Shown here: piece by piece, positions 57,242 to 64,000 of the stretch
Layout: every line of letters starts with the position of its first letter
How positions within the stretch are numbered: the first letter of the stretch is position 1
DNA from: an uncultured Rivularia sp.
Lineage (GTDB): Bacteria; Cyanobacteriota; Cyanobacteriia; Cyanobacteriales; Nostocaceae
DNA length: 64,000 nucleotides
Reading direction: 5' to 3'
Assembly (NCBI GenBank): GCA_963665115.1
Contig: OY762007.1
Location: forward strand, 3,104,001 to 3,168,000
The notes under the pieces: generated by a model
Told to the model about the DNA's origin: nothing
Database searches by the model: none
Seen by the model: only the letters and a program-made list of their open reading frames with translations
Position numbers and translations under genes: made by a program

Positions 57242-57784
57242 ATGAAGAAAGATTTGTCAGTTTCAATTCTAAAGGCAAATATGTATGGTTTTATTGCAAC
57301 ACTTCCATCTATTCTAATTTTAGTTGAACTAAGTATTTATGTATGGGAATGGGGTAATTATCTTGATAATTTATTGAGTTTATCTTTTCAAAATATTCTT
57401 TTATTAACCTTGGTACTTTTTATAGAATATATACTTCATGTATTAATTCAAGGACGAACCTGGAAATTTTTTGGAAACACGACAGCAAATGCTATTAAAT
57501 ATAGTATTAATAGGTCAAATAGAGCAATTTATGTATATTGCAAAGAACCAATAGAGCTTAAAACTTATAGGTTAGGTATAGTCATGCCTGTTATTATAGT
57601 AGGGCTTCTACCAACACTTTTAGGAATTTTGATAGGCAATCCTTTTATTTTTTTATTTGGTTTATTTGGTATAGTATTCGCAAATGAAGACATTGCAGTT
57701 CTGTGGTTATTGAGAAATGTTAAAGCTGGTTTGCTAGTTGAAGACCATCCAAAAAGAGCGGGATGTTACGTTATAGATAGCTGA
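57242..57784 (+). CDS. DUF3267-like membrane protein
   Basis: Hydrophobic; degenerate LH..I motif; C-terminal DHP..AGC. Confidence 0.65.
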   Translation: MKKDLSVSILKANMYGFIATLPSILILVELSIYVWEWGNYLDNLLSLSFQNILLLTLVLFIEYILHVLIQGRTWKFFGNTTANAIKYSINRSNRAIYVYCKEPIELKTYRLGIVMPVIIVGLLPTLLGILIGNPFIFLFGLFGIVFANEDIAVLWLLRNVKAGLLVEDHPKRAGCYVIDS

Positions 57785-57797
57785 AAAAGTATTCATG

Positions 57798-58289
57798 CTA
57801 TGAATCAACTAACGCTTTCCGAAAAATAATCTTATCATCACCAGCTTTATAATAATCCCGAATTCTCGCTTCTTCTTCATACCCTTGTTTACGATAAAAC
57901 TTCCGTGTCATCTCAAAATTTGGTAAACCAGAAGTTTCCACCAATAACAATCTTTCCCCTTGCTCTGTTAAAGTTTTCTCAACATAATTAACTATTGCAG
58001 AACCATAACCTTTCCCCTGAGACTTGGGATGAACTGCAATAAAATACATATTATAAACACCTGAAGCATATTGTTCCGGAGCAAAATACGCTACTCCCAC
58101 CACTCCACCATCTTCACAAACAACCCAATCATGACCTTCACCAAGACTACCTTCAAAATATCCAGCTAACATACCACCAAGTTCTTCAAGTTCTTCCCCT
58201 TCAAACAAACCAATTGCTTCAGCTAAATTCATTATTGTATCGGTATCATCGGGTTTAGCTTGTCGAATTGTTGCTGTGGTAATAGTCAT
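57798..58289 (-). CDS. GNAT N-acetyltransferase
   Basis: IAVHPKSQGKGYG, VETSG, FYRKQGY. Confidence 0.9.
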   Translation of the reverse strand: MTITTATIRQAKPDDTDTIMNLAEAIGLFEGEELEELGGMLAGYFEGSLGEGHDWVVCEDGGVVGVAYFAPEQYASGVYNMYFIAVHPKSQGKGYGSAIVNYVEKTLTEQGERLLLVETSGLPNFEMTRKFYRKQGYEEEARIRDYYKAGDDKIIFRKALVDS

Positions 58290-58333
58290 AGGTTTTAGTT
58301 TTAGTTTGAATTGAACAATACTACACGAAATAT

Positions 58334-58411
58334 TCAATCCTGCTGAAACGTCCGAATTAAAAGTCCCGTTTGTTTTGCTAGTTCACCAATCTTCATAGCT
58401 TCACACATCAT
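58334..58411 (-). pseudogene. MerR-family regulator N-terminal stub
   Basis: Manual translation MMCEAMKIGELAKQTGLLIRTFQQD*. Confidence 0.75.
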
Positions 58412-58443
58412 CGCTTCACCAGAGAAATACGGTTGATGAATTC

Positions 58444-58475
58444 ATCCTAGAAACCTGACATAACGTGATGAGCAA
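58444..58475 (-). promoter_or_regulatory. MerR-type promoter with long spacer
   Basis: TTGCTC-20 bp (containing the imperfect dyad TCACGTTATGTCA)-TAGGAT. Confidence 0.6.
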
Positions 58476-58571
58476 GGGGTGATTCTGTAAAAATTTAGTA
58501 GAACCCATGTACTATTGGCTTGATTAAGCTTATTATGTAAACGGTTGTTATTATCACAAAGCAGTTTAACA

Positions 58572-59576
58572 ATGTCCGATTTAACAAACGCTCTAGACCG
58601 AATTTTAGATTGGTTCCAAAACAATAAACCTTCTACTATTGATTCTCTACAACCTGGATTAACCACCGAAGAAATAGAATCAAAAGTTAAAGATTTACCA
58701 TTTCGATTAACTCAAGAAGTTTACGAACTTTATCAATGGAGAAATGGGATGATTGATGATGGAAGTTGCTTTTTTAGGTATTATCGCTTTCTTCCTTTAG
58801 AAGAAACAAACCTTTGTGAAGAAGCTTGGGGTTTATCGCTCCCTTTTGGTTGGTTTCCCCTGTTTGAATTTGAGGGAGAATTTTTTGCAGCAGTTGGTGC
58901 TGAAGAAAATACAGAAAATTCGCTTATTTTACATACATATGAAGGAATAGATATAATTTACAGAAGCTTGACTAATATGATGCTGTATATTGCAGAATGT
59001 TATGAAACAGGTGTTTATTATATAGGTGAATCAGGAGAACTAGAAGAAAATAGAATCGCAGCAAAAAATATCTTACTAAAATATAATCCAGAATTTCATT
59101 CTATACTTGAAGCTAGAACGGAGACTGTTAATAATCTTGATGGTTCTCAAGTAATAAATAAATATCATCCAGAGAGCAATATTCTTTTAGAAAGTAGAAT
59201 TATAGATAGAAAAGGTCATACTATTGAATCAAGTCAATACTTTAAAGGAAAATTATATGAACGTATCATATATAATCGCAAAATTGAAGGATTTTATGAT
59301 TATATATGTGAAGAACAATGGTTTAATGATTATGAAAAATATGAAAAATTTACGGTCAAATATCAATATAAATGTGTCGCTCCAAAAATAGAAAGAAAAT
59401 ATATCAATGGGGTATTAAAAAAAGAAATTATTCATCCTGACAAAAAACGCGATAATTTATTCTTAGTATTCGCTTTATTTTTAAGTATTTTTCAATTTAT
59501 CTTCAGCATCTTGTTTTTCATATATAATTCACTAAGGTATAAACAACAAAACAAAAATAATGCACCCCTGAATTAG
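58572..59576 (+). CDS. SMI1/KNR4 protein with C-terminal extension and TM helix
   Basis: MSDLTNALDRILDW…LQPGL…LPFRL..EVYELYQWRNG…WFPLF; hydrophobic C-terminal segment. Confidence 0.85.
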   Translation: MSDLTNALDRILDWFQNNKPSTIDSLQPGLTTEEIESKVKDLPFRLTQEVYELYQWRNGMIDDGSCFFRYYRFLPLEETNLCEEAWGLSLPFGWFPLFEFEGEFFAAVGAEENTENSLILHTYEGIDIIYRSLTNMMLYIAECYETGVYYIGESGELEENRIAAKNILLKYNPEFHSILEARTETVNNLDGSQVINKYHPESNILLESRIIDRKGHTIESSQYFKGKLYERIIYNRKIEGFYDYICEEQWFNDYEKYEKFTVKYQYKCVAPKIERKYINGVLKKEIIHPDKKRDNLFLVFALFLSIFQFIFSILFFIYNSLRYKQQNKNNAPLN

Positions 59577-59680
59577 TTCGTTTATAACGAGATGTACTGG
59601 TTTTTAAAAACCGCAGAGACGCAAAGTACGCAGAGGAAGAAAAGAGAGAAAGAGATAGTTAATTATTAACTGATAACTGT

Positions 59681-61141
59681 TTACTGTAATTCCACCATTT
59701 CCCGAATATTCCCTTTGACTCCACCAACACCTTGACGAAAATCTCTATCTTGCTGACTAATTAACATTGGTAATCCACCTTTAGCAGCTAAAACAATTAA
59801 AGCGCTGCGATTAATTTCTTGTCCTGGTAAACATTGAAAACGGAATTTCTGCAATAACATTGCTAATACAATCTTAATTTCCATCATCGCAAATCCCGCT
59901 CCAATACATTTACGAGAACCAGCGCTAAAGGGATTGTATTGAAAGTTATCAACTTCTAAAGTTTCCCAACGTTGGGGATTAAATTTTTGAGGTTCTGGGT
60001 AAATTTCGGGATTTTTATGAGTATGATAAATGCTCACCCAAACTTCGGTTCCTGTTGGTAATTCGTATCCTTCTAAAACGGTTTGTTGGGATGTAACCCG
60101 AGCATTCCAAGGTACTGGTGGTAATACCCGCATACTTTCTTTAATTACTTGCTCTAATAATGTTAATTGCTGTAATTGTTCGATTGTGGGTGCTTTTCCT
60201 TGTAATACTCCATCGAGTTCATCAAGTAAATCAGCAGCAATTTGTGGATGTTGGGAAAGTAAAAATAATGTCCAATTTAAAGCATTAGCGCTGGTTTCGT
60301 GTCCGGCAGCAAATATTACACTGACGTGTCCGAGTAATTCATCTTCGCTCAATGTCATTCCGGTTTCAGCGTCTCGTGCTTTAATTAACATCGAAAGCAC
60401 GTCTCCGGTATCGCTATCTGAAGCTTTTCGAGAGCGAATTATCTCTCTCATATCCTCATCTAACTCAGTCATTAAATTCATCATTCTGTAGAAAGGTAAA
60501 CCAGGTAAATCGAAAGGTAAAACCATTGTTATCGGATTACCTAATAAAATTCCAATTTTTTGTAAAAGTGCAGCGCTTTTACTACCTTTTTCTCCAATAT
60601 CAACACCAAATAATGTCTTGGAAGCTATTCTTAATGTCAATATTCGCATTAATTTGGCGATATTTGTGACTTGATTAACTTCTATTTGTTGACTAATTGA
60701 TTCCGTAATTTCTGTGAAAGTGTTGCAGTAAGACTCGATATGTTTTTGATGAAAAGCTGGCATTAATAGCTGACGATGACGACGGTGTTCGTCACTATTT
60801 ACACCAAATAATCCCACACCAAAATGTTTTAAAGGCTCCGTTCTGGGAGATTCATTTCGTCTGCTATAAAGTCCACCAGTTAAAGGATATTTATGATAAA
60901 TTTCATGTTGGGTTGCCACCTTTTGGACATTTGCAGCCCCATAAGTAAATACAGTACCGGGACAATTCGGTAGGGGAGAGTAAAGATTAGTTCCACCACC
61001 ACGAGCAAGGGAAACTAGATTGCCATATTTTTGAAATAGCTGACTGGTAAAACCCAGAGAATCTCCAACAAATTTTGATACTAATATAGTGCGTCCAAAT
61101 AATGGTAACGTTTTTGGACTGGGAACTGTTAATTTAGTCAT
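59681..61141 (-). CDS. Cytochrome P450
   Basis: AGHETS, ESMR (ExxR), PFSAGSRKCIG heme motif. Confidence 0.96.
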   Translation of the reverse strand: MTKLTVPSPKTLPLFGRTILVSKFVGDSLGFTSQLFQKYGNLVSLARGGGTNLYSPLPNCPGTVFTYGAANVQKVATQHEIYHKYPLTGGLYSRRNESPRTEPLKHFGVGLFGVNSDEHRRHRQLLMPAFHQKHIESYCNTFTEITESISQQIEVNQVTNIAKLMRILTLRIASKTLFGVDIGEKGSKSAALLQKIGILLGNPITMVLPFDLPGLPFYRMMNLMTELDEDMREIIRSRKASDSDTGDVLSMLIKARDAETGMTLSEDELLGHVSVIFAAGHETSANALNWTLFLLSQHPQIAADLLDELDGVLQGKAPTIEQLQQLTLLEQVIKESMRVLPPVPWNARVTSQQTVLEGYELPTGTEVWVSIYHTHKNPEIYPEPQKFNPQRWETLEVDNFQYNPFSAGSRKCIGAGFAMMEIKIVLAMLLQKFRFQCLPGQEINRSALIVLAAKGGLPMLISQQDRDFRQGVGGVKGNIREMVELQ

Positions 61142-61294
61142 TGTAAAAGGATTTACTGTAATTAGATGAATGCTAGTATCACAGTGAGATTTTTAATGTT
61201 TGTATTTGACTTTTACCTCTCCTTAATAAGGAGAGGGATGTCCGCAAGGACAGGGTGAGGTAAAATTTGTATTGCATCTCCATAAATTCTATAA

Positions 61295-62062
61295 ATGAAT
61301 TTCACCACACCCTTATACAACCTCAACCCTTTAACTCGTTTCTCGGATAAAGCCGAAAACTACACAAAATATCGTCCAACTTATCCAGATGCAGTTATTG
61401 ATAAAATCCTAGAAAACTTCACCTCACCAAATCAAATTCTAGCAGCCGATATTGGTGCTGGTACGGGAATTGCTGCGCGTCAATTAGCCGATAAAGGTGT
61501 AAATGTAATTGCTATCGAGCCAAATGCAGCGATGAGAGAAGCGGCTGAAAAACATCAAAATGTTGAATGGAAAAATGGAAGTGCAGAAGAAACTAATTTA
61601 CCAGATGCATCGGTTGATTTAATAACTTGTTTTCAAGCTTTTCACTGGTTTCAACCACAACCAACTTTATTAGAATTTAAACGGGTTTTGAAACCACAGG
61701 GAAGATTAGCAATTATATTTCAAGATTTAAATCGGGATGATAAATTTACCCAAGATTACTGGCAAATAATTAGTAAATCCGCAAATAATCGTCCACCAAC
61801 AGACTTTAGCTCTAAAATTGAACCCGTGAGAAAAAGTTCGGATTTTGAATATATTGATTGCTATAAATTTCCTTATCAACAAGAATTGGATTTACCAAGT
61901 TTAATTGGTCTTGCTAAAAGTGTTTCGTTTATATCTTCCGAAGAAACAGTACAAAAACAACTTGCTGACGATTTAGAAGATTTGTTTCAGCGCTTTTGTA
62001 ATTTAGATGGTTTCGTTTATCTTGTTTATCGTAATAGCGTACATTTGGCGACCATTACATAA
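61295..62062 (+). CDS. Class I SAM-dependent methyltransferase
   Basis: YRPTYP, ADIGAGTG, QAFHWF. Confidence 0.92.
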   Translation: MNFTTPLYNLNPLTRFSDKAENYTKYRPTYPDAVIDKILENFTSPNQILAADIGAGTGIAARQLADKGVNVIAIEPNAAMREAAEKHQNVEWKNGSAEETNLPDASVDLITCFQAFHWFQPQPTLLEFKRVLKPQGRLAIIFQDLNRDDKFTQDYWQIISKSANNRPPTDFSSKIEPVRKSSDFEYIDCYKFPYQQELDLPSLIGLAKSVSFISSEETVQKQLADDLEDLFQRFCNLDGFVYLVYRNSVHLATIT

Positions 62063-62071
62063 ATATATTTT

Positions 62072-62171
62072 ACCTCACCCCGCCTTCGGCACCCCTCTCC
62101 TTGATAAGGAGAGGGGAAGGGAGTTCCATACACCCCTCTCCTTGATAAGGAGAGGGGAAGGGGGTGAGGTT
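62072..62171. repeat. Palindromic dispersed repeat (CCTCTCCTTGATAAGGAGAGG twice, inside CCTCACCCC…GGGGTGAGG)
   Basis: Related copies near 41776, 49040 and 61216. Confidence 0.85.
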
Positions 62172-62197
62172 TACCGAAGTGTTTATATTATTTGCAA

Positions 62198-62980
62198 ATG
62201 ACCGAAACTAACAAACAATCAACACCATTACATACACTCAATCCCCAAAATCGATTCTCCGATAGAGTCGAAGATTACGTAAAATATCGTCCCAGCTATC
62301 CGAAAGCAGCGATTGATAGAATCCTAGAAGATTTTACTTTACCAATTACAGCAGCCGATATCGGAGCAGGTACGGGAATTTCTTCACGATTGTTAGCTTC
62401 GAGGGATATTAAAGTAATTGCTATCGAACCAAATCCCGAAATGAGAAACGCTGGGATTAGAGATAATACATCTTCGGTGGAATGGAAAGATGGAACCGCA
62501 GAAAATACCAATTTACCCGATAAATCAGTTGATTTAGTAACTTGTTTTCAAGCGTTTCACTGGTTTACTCCCGAACCAACTTTAGCGGAATTCAATCGGA
62601 TTCTTAAACCATCAGGTAAATTAGCGGTAGTGTGGAATTTTCGCGATGAAAACGACGAATTCACAGCAGAATATAGTCGAATTGTTCGCGAAGCATCAAA
62701 TAATCATCCAGCAGAATCGAAGATGAAATCGGTGGAACCTTTAACAGAAACAACTCATTTTCAAAATTTTCAAGAATATACTTTTGTTTATCAACAAGAA
62801 TTAGATTTAACTGGATTAATTGGACGTGCAATGAGTGTTTCTTATCTTCCTAAAACAGGAGAAGGTTACAAACAAGTTGTTGATGAATTAGAGAAATTAT
62901 ATCAGCAATTTAAGAACCAACAAGGATTTGTTTATATGACTTATTTTACTAGCGTCCATCTTGGAACAATTAACAATTAA
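62198..62980 (+). CDS. Class I SAM-dependent methyltransferase (tandem paralog)
   Basis: YRPSYP, ADIGAGTG, QAFHWF. Confidence 0.92.
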   Translation: MTETNKQSTPLHTLNPQNRFSDRVEDYVKYRPSYPKAAIDRILEDFTLPITAADIGAGTGISSRLLASRDIKVIAIEPNPEMRNAGIRDNTSSVEWKDGTAENTNLPDKSVDLVTCFQAFHWFTPEPTLAEFNRILKPSGKLAVVWNFRDENDEFTAEYSRIVREASNNHPAESKMKSVEPLTETTHFQNFQEYTFVYQQELDLTGLIGRAMSVSYLPKTGEGYKQVVDELEKLYQQFKNQQGFVYMTYFTSVHLGTINN

Positions 62981-63583
62981 CAATTAACAATTTATTTTTA
63001 GCAACAGTGTTTACGGAAATAAATTACAATTCTCGTAAAGCCAGAAAAGGGAGAAGAGTAAGGAAAAATCCTTCCCTCCTACCCAAGGAGCATTTGAGGT
63101 TTAATCTTTGCTATCTATTAATAGGTGTAAGTCAAATCAACTTATGCAGTATGGAGTTAGTGGTTAAGAGTTAGGAGTTAGGAGTTTTGAATTATTTATT
63201 CTTCCCCCTCTCCCCCCTCTCCTTTAATAAACTGATGTGCAGCTAAATTGAATAATGCGAAAATTTGAAAAGGTTGTAGTACTGCCTAAGACTATCGTCT
63301 CGCTCCGCTAACGCAGCGTGTCCGCCAGGACAAGCATCTTGCACGAAGGGTACTATACAAATCAAATGCGTAGCAGCTTATATATATAGTCTCTCAATTG
63401 TTCCCTCCGCGCTTACCTTAGCGTCCCTTTGCGTTAAAAAAACAGCAATAACCGAAAATGTACTGAACATTTAGAGTACTTTATTAAGCTATATTTTAAG
63501 TTCATAAATAAATTTTAATACTGAAATCGAAGTTTTTAAAAACCTCGGTTTATTTCGTTATATCTAATTAATTTTATAATTAA

Positions 63584-64000
63584 ATGTTAAAACAAAAGAA
63601 TAATTTCAGTCATCTTACAGCAATAGAAAGGACTAACTTATCATATCCCGCAAAAATATTATTAAATCAAAGCTTGCTTCAAGGCAAAATTTTAGACTTT
63701 GGTTGTGGTTTCGGTAATGATGTCAAAGTATTACAAAAAAAAGGTCTTGATATCACTGGTTACGATCCTCATTATTCCCCACAATATCCGCAAAATAAAT
63801 TCGATACAATAATTTGCTTTTATGTTTTAAACGTATTATTTCCAGAAACACAAGCCGACGTATTAATGGAAATATCGCATTTATTAAAGCCAGGAGGTAA
63901 AGCTTACTTCGCCGTCAGAAGAGATGTTAAAAGAGAGGGATTTCGAGAACATTACGTTCATAAAAAACCTACATATCAGTGTAATGTAAAACTTCCTTTT
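63584..64000 (+). CDS. Methyltransferase (probably methyltransferase-HIT fusion); runs off the window end
   Basis: Manual translation MLKQKNNFSHLTAIER…ILDFGCGFGND…GYDPHY…YVLNV…AVRRD; open to 64000. Confidence 0.75.
   Translation, partial: MLKQKNNFSHLTAIERTNLSYPAKILLNQSLLQGKILDFGCGFGNDVKVLQKKGLDITGYDPHYSPQYPQNKFDTIICFYVLNVLFPETQADVLMEISHLLKPGGKAYFAVRRDVKREGFREHYVHKKPTYQCNVKLPF

Overview
This is an AT-rich cyanobacterial chromosome segment. The evidence is apcD, cyaC, pmgA, a K-box plus CIRCE groESL promoter, about 18 HIP1 GCGATCGC sites and abundant heptamer STRRs; the STRRs suggest a filamentous Nostocales-type organism (inference). Core loci are pstSCAB, tRNA-Gly(TCC), tonB-like, cyaC, hisC, two tandem gor paralogs, apcD, rlmD, pmgA, asnS, sbp-cysT-cysW and ycf29/rre1 divergent from groESL. 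Two accessory blocks lie between them. The first (about 25.5-34 kb) holds Uma2, HigBA, an aspartic-protease pair and an NB-ARC-TPR NLR. The second (about 42-64 kb) holds SMI1/KNR4 immunity genes, MNT-HEPN, an internally deleted reverse transcriptase, TetR/PadR modules, an RND pump, a P450 and methyltransferases. The top finding is a candidate amyloid-signalling NLR/cell-death gene pair. The extreme N-terminus of the NLR (NFQGINVQSGNNKIEGNTF) and the extreme C-terminus of the adjacent small helical protein (NWQGINIKGGNNTISNNTF) share a 19-aa RHIM-like N/G-rich motif (12/19 identical, ungapped). Caveat: at least 12 genes, including groEL and apcD, carry single-base homopolymer insertions that are most likely sequencing errors.
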